From contig CM119381.1 in NCBI GenBank assembly GCA_051294905.1, positions 14,198,001 through 14,262,000 on the forward strand: a stretch of DNA of 64,000 nt, read 5' to 3'. The position numbers and the translations under genes were made by a program. Within the stretch, counting starts at the first letter, position 1, and the number at the start of each line of letters is the position of its first letter. The notes under the pieces were generated by a model. That model was given only the letters and a program-made list of their open reading frames with translations. It was not told the DNA's origin and did no database searches. Below, one piece after another: positions 52,329 to 64,000 of the stretch. Source of the stretch: Botryllus schlosseri. Its lineage: Eukaryota.

Positions 52329-55300
52329 TTACTTGGGCTGGTACCCTTGCTGGCCGTAGTATTGCTGGTAGTTGGTGTAGTAGTTTTGGTACTGACTTTG
52401 TGCCTGCTGCTGATAGTACTGAAGCCACTGCTGTGAGTAATCCTGTGTAATAATGAAAAGGATTTAGAGCACTAGAGTTGCACTAAAATCTAATGATGAT
52501 CGCCAGAAATGTTAAAATTGGTAATGTGAAGTCGTGGAAATTACATTGCATTGCACATAAACATGTCCGATTGAATGCCGGAAACATAAATTTCACACAG
52601 CGTTGGCAAAAGTTTCGTGCCGACCACGCTGAGAGATGGATGGATCGGTAAAATTACCTTTTTGATACCACTTTATTTCCGAGACGCAACCGTCGTGGGC
52701 AACACCATCAACACCAAGTGGTAAGTAACAAACTAGTCTACTATTTTTTCACAGTACTTGAGTAAGTGATATTTTTATACTATATATAGTATATATTATA
52801 TTATATTACGCAACAGTTTTTTAAAGTTATTTTTCTTCGTTTCTCAACAGATTTTTCCCATTTTCGACTCGGTTATGTTCGCGTCACTTTCTCAAGTGAA
52901 AAAATAGCCGCTGTGGCACAGTAACTGAATACATTTTCGAAACTACACCATTTGAGGTATCTTTTATCATTTCGTGTTAGCCGCAATGACGCAGCCTTCC
53001 CTTTCGAGAGTGGCCCGGCCGCCTTCCAACAACTGCTGAAAGTATGCGACCTATCGACCAAACTTACTTTTTGAAACTACTTACTTCCAGTACTTTCAGA
53101 CATGGCTTCGAAATCACTACTTCTACTTGTGATTAAGCACAAACGCTGACTACTTTGAACGTGTCTGATCTTTCCGCACGGGATAAATTTTGATTGAGCA
53201 ATCTGTTGAATGACGAAACGAGTTCGCCCGCAAGAGACAATACAAGTCACTGTGACAAGAATAACACGGCGAATACCTGTTGCTGGCCGTAACCCGACTG
53301 CTGATACCCCTGTTGGGTTTGGTTGGTGTTTGACGGCTGGGAGAAGTTGTATCCCGTCGACGGATATCCGCTTGTGTTTTTGTTGGTGTTGGAAGAGTTG
53401 TACGACTGATGATGATTGATGTACGAGTAGGACTGGAAGGAGGACGATGACGATTGGAAATCCATAATTTCAATCGATACTCTCGACACTCACCGAAGCC
53501 GATTGAGGAGCCCCAGATTGGACCGATGCGCCGCGCTTTCCGGCACTGGAATTTTTCGAGTGGTCACCGCGGCCCTTGTTTCCTCCGAAGCTTTGATTTT
53601 GTCTGTAAAAGGCGAGATCACGCAATTTTGCTTAAACCGAATATCGAACTGCCTTACCTGTTGTAGCCACCGTAGCCTCCCCTGTTCTGGCTTCCTTGAG
53701 ACTGCCACCCTGCAAAGACCAAGCAGTGAGATCGTACCACGACACCGCACAGGCAGTGTGGATCTTTCAATTTTTAAAGTAGACATCTTCGATTAACCGC
53801 TCACAGTATGCGACTCCACAATCGAATCTATTTTTTTAAACTATGACAGTACTTTTGACAGACCTAGGAAATTACTACATCTGCTTGTGTATTTGCATCA
53901 AAACTTACGCTATTGCTTCTACTAAGGGCTGTCACCGAGTCACAAGGTTCTGAGTAGAATTCACAGTGCAGAGGGTCGAGTCTGAGTCGTAGCATTGTCA
54001 TTGTGTTCACTGTTCAGTCACGAGTACAAGTCATGCCAAAATCACTTTTTTACAACCCGGATCGGATGACATCGAATGCTTCGCATTCTTATACAAAATT
54101 TCCACACTTTTAGCACTTTCTCGCTATATTTTCAAAGTACCACCACCGATAAACGAAATGCCAATAATGTGGTAACTTTACTATTCCTCAAAGTTACAAT
54201 GAAATGTCCATCTTGGACGTCGAGTGACAAGTCTTATGACCCGAGTACCAGTTGAGTCATACACAAATTGACCAAGTCGAGTCGAGTAAATTTCACTCAA
54301 AATCATTCGCGTCAAGCCGAGTCACCAAAAAATCGCGACTCGAGTCATTACAACCCTGCTACTACACGAGAACCAACCAATGTTAAATACTTTGACCGCT
54401 GCTGCATCGGAGCAATACTATTAACAGTTAGTTAGGTACTTTCGAGGTTACGTTTTACCGACACCGATCTAGCCCGCACCTTTGTTGGTCTGTCCGAATC
54501 CTCCCCCGCGGCCTCTGTCGCCTCTCGAAAAGTCTAGAACACCCGAGCGAAAAATCGTTACAGGCGGGCCAAATCAAACCTCAAACCCATCACACCGACC
54601 TCTTCTGCCATGGTTGAACGGGCGGGACCCATATCCACCACCCCGTCCGAGTGCCGGTGGACCGCCACCGTACGGCCGCGGGAAGTTCATCATGCCGCCA
54701 CGACTCCCAGGCCTGCTCCAAGGCGCGGCCGGGCCACCGAACCGCTGGGCCTGCCCGCGAAATCTCGGCTGCTGGTGTCTGAAACCCCCGCCTCTGCCAC
54801 CTCTGTTCCTGTTTTGATTGTCCTGAGAGGCTGAGACAGATGCAAGATTATTAGGGAAGCAACAAAGTCATCGGTGACATGGGTGCACATTAGGGCTCTT
54901 TTTTTACTAATTTGACTAGACTCCGAGAAAAATGCATCACGCCAAATTTGGCTCAATTCCAACCAGTAGATGGGAAGTGATGACAATTTGAAATTTAGTC
55001 CATTTTTACGGTGACAAAGTTCGTCACTTCGCCATGACTGAACATTGTGTTCCAGGAATGCCGAGAGCACAGCTTTCTCACGCATTTCCATCTCGAGACG
55101 GGCCTGTAGTAGCGTTTAAATAAAGAAATTGCTAATCGATGATAAAATTACGACGTTGATGAGCTGGAAACTAGACTACTTCGTTGAAGATATATAGGAA
55201 AGTATGTTTGCTAAATGATGGTCAATAGCTGAACTGAAATGCATGCCTTGGAGGTGACTTTTCTCGAAAGACGTCAACTAAATGTGTGCCAACAGGAGTT

Positions 55301-58300
55301 CGTGTACAATGTACATCTAAAATTGGAACATTGAGTCTAAGCGATCTATGCGCCTCGATTATTCGAAATTTCATGTGACGTCATATTTGGTGACACCATT
55401 GTTGATATACAATGTTCTTTCCAATTCTCTACTAGCTGCTGACAATAGCCCCTGATGAGAGTCAACTGAAAAAATTTGGGAGCATTTCAATACGATCACA
55501 CTATTCAATTGAACTGAAATTGTCTTTGTGCGAAATTTGAACAGCCTAGTGTACCTACTTCGAGCTCGTTTTTCGGGAGGCGGCGCGTTCTTCGCCCCCT
55601 CCTCGCGGTACTTCCCCACCAGCTTTTTCGCTTCTTCCTCGGCCAGATCGGTGAAAACTACGCTATCAAAGAGATTTCCTTTCTCCGGAACGGTAAAGTT
55701 GGCTGTGACAACACAAAATTGAGTCAGCACGGCGGCACAGGCGGCGTTTTGACTACCCCGTCCCAAATTTACGAAGGCCGCGACACAAACACCCCAGAGT
55801 TCAGAAGCCGAGAGTAAATATCCCGACATTACGATACCTTTCATTTCAAGCACGGCCACTTCAGGCACCTCTTCCCCCTCGTCCGAAGTGCGTTTGTCAA
55901 AACGAGTCTTAAACTCCTCCTCAGATGGTACAATTACAACAGCCTTGCGCTGAAAGCCCGCAAACGGGCGCATTTTCCGCCTCTGGGCTGACGCGTACAC
56001 ATTTGTCTTATGTTGCATTCGCGTTTTGACGCACACGTCAAGCAGGCGGCGCCCATCGTAAATTTATCATGTCGGACCAACGACAAGCATGGGCAAAAAA
56101 AGAAGCAAAGCAACGATTCAGTTTCTTCAGTTAGATATCATTTTACAATGATCTGCAGAGTACACAAAATCGATATCGTTACGTCACACCAGCTAACGCT
56201 AACGGTCCTTATCACTTACCTGTCGAGCCACCTGGAACAGACTAGGACAGAGGGGCGGGCTCAAAATCGACCAGCTGCCATCCAAAACATGACCACGCAG
56301 TTGCAAAACATAACAAATTAACCAATATCAGTTAATGGAGTACATTCAGTCTTGACGTAGAAAACACTAAAACCAAGACAAGGTTAGGGGAAAGTCGAAA
56401 CCGTCATGTCTGGCGTGTGATAAAACTTCCGCATTCTCTCAATTTTCTACGTTCAGAGTCAGATGCAAGTGCAAAGGCTGTAACAAACTTTGCTGAAGCA
56501 ACAGCACTCATGCAGAATCGATAGGCTATTCAAGGACAGCATCCAAGTTCACATTTCATCCAATTTTGTTCACTGAATCTCGTTTCATCTTATGTTGTAC
56601 GGGAATTCTTTTAGGGCAAGCGGTTTTTCAGCATTGTAAAAGACAAATAGTCAGTATAGAGTAGAATAAAATAAGCTGCCAACAATGATCCCATCTAGTT
56701 GAGGAGAAGGTTCAAAACAGAATATTTAGATATGAACCATCCACACCAGACATGGCCTGACAACTACAAGTGCCGAGTGTCTGATTTCCTATTGGAATCA
56801 TGACAGTCATCCAATAGACTAGCTAGTTAGAATGGCAACGTATGGCAGAAATTTGTCAAGTCGCTACCTACTCCGAAGCATGTACACAGTAACAGTTACC
56901 CCTGACGAGTGTCAGCCGCAAATATTCGGGTTCATTTCAGTATGAATATACTATTTAACAGTAACAGTTACCCCTGACGAGTGTCAGCCGCAAATATTCG
57001 GGTTCATTTCAATATGAATATACTATTTAACAGTAACAGTAGTAAAAGAATACATGCAACATTCAGAAGGATTGTGGTGTTGTCTGGAGATATTCGACAG
57101 GCATCCAATTTCTATAGTCACATTCCATACAAACATACACCCTCATAAATACCAAACTGCGCAACTCACATTCCGGATGGCAGCAATTTCGTTCTCTCGC
57201 CCGCCCCAGTCCTCAAACGCAATTTAAAAGCGGGATTATCTTCCTACCTGATCGATGATGAAGTTCCTTCGCTTCCTGGACGCAATTTGCAACAGCCGGT
57301 TCAAACATTGAGTGGCATTATGGATCAAAAGCTCCCAACGGTTTGCATAGTTTTGTTTCCGACTCACACCCATAACCTGAAACGCAAACGTCGTGAGTGA
57401 CATAATTTGGAAGTGTTCATATTTCGCCTTATGTCTATGCTATTTTCAATTCAATGATGCTACGGGACACCGCTACAATGGCAATAGCAAGCAATGTCAA
57501 CATGTTCCTACATACATAGACTTGAACAACATCCCCCGCACACGGGCGATGGGTAATAAATAATGCAAGGAACAAGGTAGGGTTTTGTACCGAGCGCACA
57601 CGGCAAATGTCTACATCACGCAAACGGCGGTTAAAATGAAGGTTCATTACACTGTGTGCAACCTGACGGATCATAATCATAATCAAGCAGAATTGCAAGT
57701 AACTGACATTGCTATTGTATTTGGCCATGGTGCAGATGCAGCCTATATGGCAAGTGATCAGTGAGTAAGGGTCAAAAACACTTACCTGAGCAGGAATCTC
57801 CGACTGCTATGTGAAAAACAGCAGAAGCTACGAGATGAAATTTGGTTGTTACGATATAGAAATTATTCAACATTACATTATTATATTCTTTATATACAGT
57901 AAAACTGGTAAATACGCACATTTCCGGGGAGCAACCCGCCCACAAGGAAAATGGCGAGATTGGAGTAAACTTTTAAAATTTCAGTAATGCAATCAAACTG
58001 TTGTTCCTATGCAATACACGAAGACATAGGCGCTGAACTCAGGCATGCTAGGCATGCAGCGCATACCTAGGGATTTTTTTGGGTATGTGGCATACCCAGA
58101 ATTCGGTCAGGGCTGTAATTGACTGGCTGGTGAATTGATCGATTTAGAAATAAGCAATGTATTTCGTAGTGCTGCTGAACACGTAACGAAATCAGCAGCA
58201 ACACATTCAGGCGCGTAGCAAAATCCCGTCCTTTTGAAATGACCATTCTGACGCTAATATCCAGTTGCAATTCAGTTAGTCGTATTTTATCAGTGTTGCG

Positions 58301-61300
58301 CGCGGCCGCGGCCAAATAACGAGACGCGCGTTTCCAGTTAGCGAGAATCGTTAGTACAAAATGTAACGCAACGCGATCTCCCGCTGAATGATTGCGAGAT
58401 CAGTTTATTGATTGACGCGTGCTCGGCAATGGTCGCTGGCGTGAGTCTTAGCGTTTCCATCAAGCCTAGTTGCGTTGGCTTGAAGAATCCAATCTGCAAT
58501 AGGCCCGAAGCGTACTACACCATCGCTGGCCTGCGCACGATACCATCGTTGGCCTACACAATTGCGTCTGCAATAGGCCTGGAACGAAATATATCATCGC
58601 TGACAAAACTGTCGTGTATCGGGCCTAGCATGCTTTGGCTCCTAACTCTCGATTGTGATAAAGATTGATATCACAGAACTGAATGACATCGAATGTCCGC
58701 AAACATGTGCGTGCGTACGTGCGTACTTGATTTTCGCTATACTTGAACATAACCATCAAAAGATGTGTGTCAAGGCTTGAGTTTTAAAAGATGAGAAAGG
58801 TTTGAACCACCTGAAATCGATGCCATTCTAAAACAACTCAGCTATGCGCCTGAATACATTGATCGGCGCGAGTATTTGGAAGACGCAACGCGAGGCAATA
58901 AGACCAAGAGCTCGATACTAAAGATGTCAATTTCTACAGGCGCGAAATGTTACGATTGTCATCTCCTGCTGTGTAGGAATATGATATCTGATGCGCCGGC
59001 CGGAACTATCGCGTCTTCTGTGATTGTGATGTCAGACTGGCTCAGATATTGAACATGGACAGAATTGATTGAAATACATACTGTACTGACCTTGAACAGA
59101 CAGCGGCGTAATAACATATACGCTAATACTTGAACAGAACGATTAGAAAATGGCTTGCAGGCTCTCGATATCGAAACTTCTGACTTCTCTGAAATCAGAG
59201 TCACTAATGGATAGAGTCCAGAACAGACTTCTATTTGGGAAGATAATTCCTGTAACTTTGATTTATTAGCCGCCGCCGCCGAAGATGCGCATTCGTTTGT
59301 TCTCGGGGCGGAGTGACTGAAATGTCCTGATAGTCGGCGCGCGTGTTGGCAAATATGCTGCGGGAGATTGCGAGCTCGCTAATTGACTGCACAGTCGGAG
59401 TCGCTAGTAATCTTATAGTAGCGTGATGTGTCGAGTATATAGATATATCATACGTGCGAGTCCGTTACACAAGGCTGCTTATCCGGTCGATGTATTATCG
59501 GCATTGGTGCATATACTTAAGTATTATAAACTGATACTACCTTTGTAAATTTGAAATGAATTCAATCAATTGAGCAAGCGGCCGGCTGGCTACGCGCCTG
59601 GTTAATGGTATCGTAATTTTGTCGCCATATACAAGTGTCAGATGATATTCAATGCTTGCGAGTCGGATAAATTCTGACGCACCATGACGTCAGCCCTTTG
59701 TGACGTCATCGGCCTCGCATAGAGTTCAGCGCCTATGCACGAAGATGTCAGATTACAGAATTGCAGTAGATGAAGAATTGGGAAGGGTTGCAGAGCAGAG
59801 GTAAGGATGATTGAAAATGAAGAATAAAAATTACAGAAATTATGGTATTTACGAGCAGAAGTGTAATTTTAGGCCTTCCGAAGGATATGCAGAGTGCCCA
59901 ATAACGTGATCTTTTGGATCACGTCGAATCAAACGTTGTTATTATTATTGTTAGATTACATTATATCATCAATTGCATTGAATTGCGTGATTCTTGAAGT
60001 TCCTACACATCACAAACATTTTCACCAATATAACGTGAACATTGTTTCGTTCCACAGTCAGTTCCACAGCTTAAAGAACAACTTCGACCCGACAGCTTGG
60101 TATTAAGGACGAAATCAAAAGAGTGTTGAAACTAGGCCGGAAACTACTTTCACAGGAACACTCAGCTGTTACCACCACCTTGTCTGATGTGCGTACTGAG
60201 ATAGCAGCAGGCAAGTCCCCAACACGGAAATCGGAAACGCAGACATTAAACTCCGATAATGGATAAATTTACTGTTTCGCCAGCATTAGTCCATTCACAC
60301 TCCCATACCCGCATTTTATCCATGATGTAATTCGTTCCGAGTACATTGTACCGTTTTTCCGGTTGTTCCTTCATCAGCTCCCTGCAGTAATGCGTCTTTC
60401 CAGACCCCGGCAGGCCGCACATCATGAGCACCTGAAACGGTACCGCAATTGCAAGGCAGAGGAAAAAGCGAATCGGTCGGTAGCGCATTTCTCATCTAGA
60501 ACGAGATATTGCCATATCCAGGACTGGATTGGAAACATTATGTTGATAAATATTGAAAATGACAGGATTTACTGATCTTTTGACAGTGACGGGTCACCCA
60601 CCTCGCATTCGCTCCTCGAAGTCGGGCCTTTAGCGGCTCGAGTTTTTTCTTCCGCCGGAAGCTTTGCGATGAAGACAAAGTCTTTTACCTCTTCAGGGAA
60701 TTCGGAAAGCGGTTGCTCCTGGAAATAATTCGATCCCAGCACGTAAAAGAGGCGCTAAGTCACGTTTCAGCGATACAAATTCATGCCGTCTGCAGATCGC
60801 AATTAACGAGCGTAATTTTTCAAGACGGTCAGTAACGAAGTGCTTAAACTTCTTCGGATTTTGCGTATTTTCACTAGATACTCAAGTAGTTGTGTTTTAG
60901 ATTAGTTCCACTTGTAGCACAGCAGTTTTCAGGAAAAATGTAATTACAATTACGATTTTGAAATGTAGAAACTAGTTTTGGGATAAGTTTGCATTACTTT
61001 CAGGAATGAAATTGTCATTACCACGCGACGTAACCCCCGCATCATGGCAACTGATTACACTTTCGAGGAGTCCATCTGTTTGTAGAGTCATCAGTCATTT
61101 TACATTAATCTTAGTTTTAAAGCAGCCGCCTTCTATTAAATGCAAAAAGTACGAGACCCCTTGACCAAATCCATTTTGTGAAGCTACATACTCAAATACA
61201 AATATATATTTTTACTTCTACTTGAAATAGCTTTGACATACCGTACCATGGTAACTAACTGCCACTTCTACTTGTAATCGATTAGAAATCCAAGCCCTCA

Positions 61301-63436
61301 CTACTACTTCTACTCAATAGGAATACTGACTCCTCTGACCGCCTCTGGTCATAGTTACAAAAATATTTGGTAGGCCTAATATAACTTGGCCTCTGGTAAC
61401 ATTTGCGTACCTTCTGACCGAAATTCAGCTCGACGCTAGAGTTCTTGCACAACACGTGCGGGAACATCACAAGGCCAGGCGACTTCTTTTCGGTGCAGGC
61501 CACGCCGAGATATTTCCCGTTCTTGGTGTACGAAATGCTCATCGAGTCTTCCTCGGAGAAATCCTGCAACGAAAAAAAGTGCGCGTTGCAAGCAGGGCTG
61601 CGGAGTGGGGCTATTGTTGAATATTGTCTCGCTGGAGTCTAAGAGTCACATAGATTGAAGAATGGGTGCATAAGTACTATTTTATCTGTTGGAATAAACA
61701 CGTTAAGAGTGAGAAAAATGAGTATATTATGAACGAGAGGCCTTCGATATCGCCTAAGAGTAAGAGCAGGTACGGGCAATTGTTTTTTCCCGTGGACCAA
61801 ACCGGCGCTCTCCGGTCAGAAAAGAAAAACTCACAATGAAACATCCGATGATATCGCCTTCGTGAAACGACTCGCCGTAATCCGTGAACTTCCTGTCCAC
61901 GGAAAATTTTCCAGTGCCCCCGTACCCGAATGACAGCGGCTCTTCCCCCAACTGCAGACCGGCGCTCTCCGGGGACCACCCGACACGAACCACCCGCGGA
62001 TGGGGTTCGTCCGTGGGCAGGTGTCTCGCGGGGTCCTCTTCCGCGACCTGAACGTAATCGGATTATTCGCAAGCGCTCAAAGGTCTAGAAACTAGGCATG
62101 GACGATTCGAGTTGAGCAGTAAGAGATGATCTTCCACTAAGACTTATTTGTGATCGACGGGAATCGTAGTTTCGATACTTTTTTTCACCCCATGGAAGCC
62201 TTGAAATCTCGACTGGGTGTACCATGGCATACAAAACATGCAGCACAAAGCTATATGCGTAAACAGGAATGACATTTCAGAAAGCGCAGTGAAATAGGCA
62301 TGGTCGATAAAGTACCAAATGATCTTTACGTGGGGTAGAACCGGCAGTATTTTCTTTGTGTTACCTATTAGAACTTTCCACATCCTCATGAGTGATAATT
62401 GAATGCTCGACTCAGAAGTCTAATACTGGATTTGGAATCAAATCGCTCAGGACACTAGATTGCACCCAGCCTTACTCAAAACCAGATACATGCCTTGCAT
62501 TCGAAGCACACTTTGCCGCTCGAAACGCCGTAGGTGGCCCGCGTGCCGCCCCAGAGATACGCGAAACCCTCCATGGTCAGAGGCTGCCCGCCAGTGCGGT
62601 CTCTCGTGACTTTGAAATTTAAGTCGGCCCGGTAGGTGTCCAAAACGACCAGGCTATCGTCGAAGTTTTCTTCGGGCTCTTCTTCCGGGGGCGGGGTCCT
62701 AGTGTTATCACAAGGATATATAATCAAATTATGTGTGAGGGCCATCGCGTTATACCCAACCTAATCAAACTTGGGCCAAAATTGGGTAGGTCTACACTAG
62801 CCTAGTCTACCCTAGTGTCGTCTGTGTAGACACCATGACTTTCTAACACTAAGTATTCGAATTATTAAAAAAGATTTTTGTTCAGAGCTCATGTACAAGA
62901 ACATACAGTATATCGATTGTCCATCTAGATTTCCAACAAATTCCTTCAACAAACGAAACCGCCAAAATACTATTAATAATAATAATCGTCAGATTATGTT
63001 TTCATCTGCCCAAGACACACACAGTGTACAATGTGATATACAAGACACGGTGCGAACCAACATGAGTACTCACTCCATCCTGTGCTGACGGGGAGGTCGA
63101 TCCTCATGCTTTCTCTTTCTGCTTTGAGATTGGCCAACGTCTTTATCTTAAAAGCAGTAAAATATAATTTCAAACCGCGATTACACGAAGGAGCAGACAG
63201 CAGTGTCCTATGATTACGGACTGCGCCCGAACGAAGTGGAATTTAGAATTGGCCGCACAACACCGTATAACTCATGCAAAGAACTTGTAGTACCGTATCC
63301 TACGGTGACATGCTGTATTACTCAGTAAACCGCAAGACCTAGTTAGAGACCATACTTGATGCATCTGTAGCTTCAGACACTGGTTCGACGGTAGCAGTGG
63401 CCAACTTTTCCTCACTGGCGGCAGTCTGATCAGCAG
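52329..63436 (-). CDS. HNRNPUL1: hnRNP U / hnRNP U-like (SPRY, P-loop AAA_33, RGG and Q/Y-rich tail); 5' exons (SAP domain) lie beyond the window end
   Basis: Exons (minus): 63356-63436, 63074-63146, 62494-62698 (GC donor), 61835-62047, 61411-61563, 60602-60718, 60309-60431 ([14 protein letters not shown]), 57248-57376, 55838-56006, 55555-55702, 54600-54808, 54480-54533, 53658-53709, 53494-53602, 53277-53432, 52329-52442 ([13 protein letters not shown]...*). SPRY: [39 protein letters not shown], closest in memory to HNRNPUL1; probably co-orthologous to HNRNPU/UL1/UL2. Confidence 0.93.
53924..54358. mobile_element. GACTCGAGTC-family hAT-like MITE in hnRNP U-like intron
   Basis: Left end AAGGGCTGT, right end GACTCGAGTCATTACAACCCTG; partial TSD CTACTA; related pieces at 32870-33170, 38005-38181 and 42311-42463. 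Confidence 0.65.
55361..55495 (+). ncRNA. Hammerhead-family repeat copy with intact core boxes but diverged helices
   Basis: CCC CUGAUGA G-AGUCAAC-U GAA AA-AA-UU U GGG (core 55452-55477); G.U at stem II, helix III palindrome broken, triplet UUU. Confidence 0.6.
56886..57040 (+). repeat. 72-bp head-to-tail tandem (2 units plus 11 bp), each unit carrying the hammerhead motif with an A13>C change
   Basis: Units start at 56886, 56958 and 57030; each reads CCCCTGACGAGTGTCAGCCGCAAATATTCGGGTTCATTTCA; the two full units differ at 1 position (56940 G vs 57012 A). Confidence 0.9.
58025..59737. mobile_element. Non-autonomous hAT element (1713 bp) in the largest hnRNP U-like intron
   Basis: Perfect 16-bp TIR CATAGGCGCTGAACTC / GAGTTCAGCGCCTATG; perfect 8-bp TSD CACGAAGA at 58017-58024 and 59738-59745. 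Confidence 0.9.
60822..61347. mobile_element. Degenerate CAGAGGTGGTCA-family MITE in hnRNP U-like intron
   Basis: Left GGTCAGTAACGAAGT, right CTGACCGCCTCTG, with TACTTCTACT repeats. Confidence 0.6.
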
Positions 63437-64000
63437 CTGAAATCATGAAATACCAATAAACATGAACATAACAGTTGATCACGCATATCGTTTGATGCTT
63501 TAATCAACTCCCAATGACAAAGTGACACAGTTACACTACATTGTAGTATTGCAAAAGGCAATGCTCACAATATATCGCAATAAAGCTGGTGACCATGGAT
63601 TGAACATGGAGGCAGTACTATGTTTCGACTAAAAATGCAACCCACTGCAAAATCCTCTATGTAAGCTCAAATTTCGGAGAAACCAGAATGGATCGTGTCT
63701 ACAATTCTACAGTGAATCATCTACAACAGTGCTTCTCGGCCTTTGCCAGTTCACGACCCACACTCATTATAAGTATCATAGTGCGACCCACACTGAGATA
63801 TGACCAAACGAATGAAAACAAATTACTGAGAAATGAAACAATGCTTTCTACATACATCCAACATACGGTACTATTGTCGTAAAGTCGAACTTGCAAATTA
63901 GATATTATCGGATCAAGTCTAGGCTTGATTGGAGACAAGCTCACACCCAACGTAACAATAAGAGTCTCCGTTTTCAGGCTGTACCTAGTCATAGATTTGC

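Noticed and set aside
28282-52329. Operon (polycistronic, SL trans-spliced) arrangement of four co-oriented genes
   Set aside because: Intergenic gaps are 2.5-13 kb and TE-filled, unlike abutting operon genes; co-orientation alone is insufficient.
55153-55180. Second hammerhead-like string TTGATGAGCTGGAAACTAGAC
   Set aside because: C3, the 10.1-11.1 pair and U16.1 are all violated, and no stem I; indistinguishable from chance.
58049-58627. Inner element bounded by TAGGC/GCCTA and GCATGC
   Set aside because: Only a 5-bp TIR, and the flanking GCATGC is itself palindromic, so it may be chance.
63717-63992. 91-aa minus-strand ORF as hnRNP U-like N-terminus
   Set aside because: No SAP-domain or acidic character and no fitting donor; likely intronic.

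Overview
Eukaryotic, intron-rich animal genomic DNA (probably a compact invertebrate chordate such as a tunicate; this is inferred from many 50-80 nt introns and the gene content). Four spliced genes were reconstructed by hand with consistent splice phases, all on the minus strand: a PDZ/RH-RhoGEF (ARHGEF11/12-like, runs off the left edge), phosducin-like PDCL, a complete Delta-type Notch ligand (676 aa, 8 EGF repeats) and an hnRNP U/UL1-like gene (runs off the right edge). Introns and intergenic DNA are dense with non-autonomous DNA transposons: several hAT MITE families with 8-bp TSDs, a pogo-like deletion derivative, and a CACTA/EnSpm-like element with a decayed accessory gene. There are also Gypsy and CR1/L2 fragments and a heavily nested TE island at about 32-42.5 kb. 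The most notable signal is a dispersed ~130-150 bp repeat family carrying a minimal type I hammerhead ribozyme motif. It has 5 copies, one with a fully canonical core, and all lie antisense within introns. The motif has a palindromic helix III, a predicted loop-2 pseudoknot, and one 72-nt head-to-tail dimer, which suggests a Penelope-/retrozyme-type mobile RNA. No rRNA, tRNA or CRISPR array was recognised.
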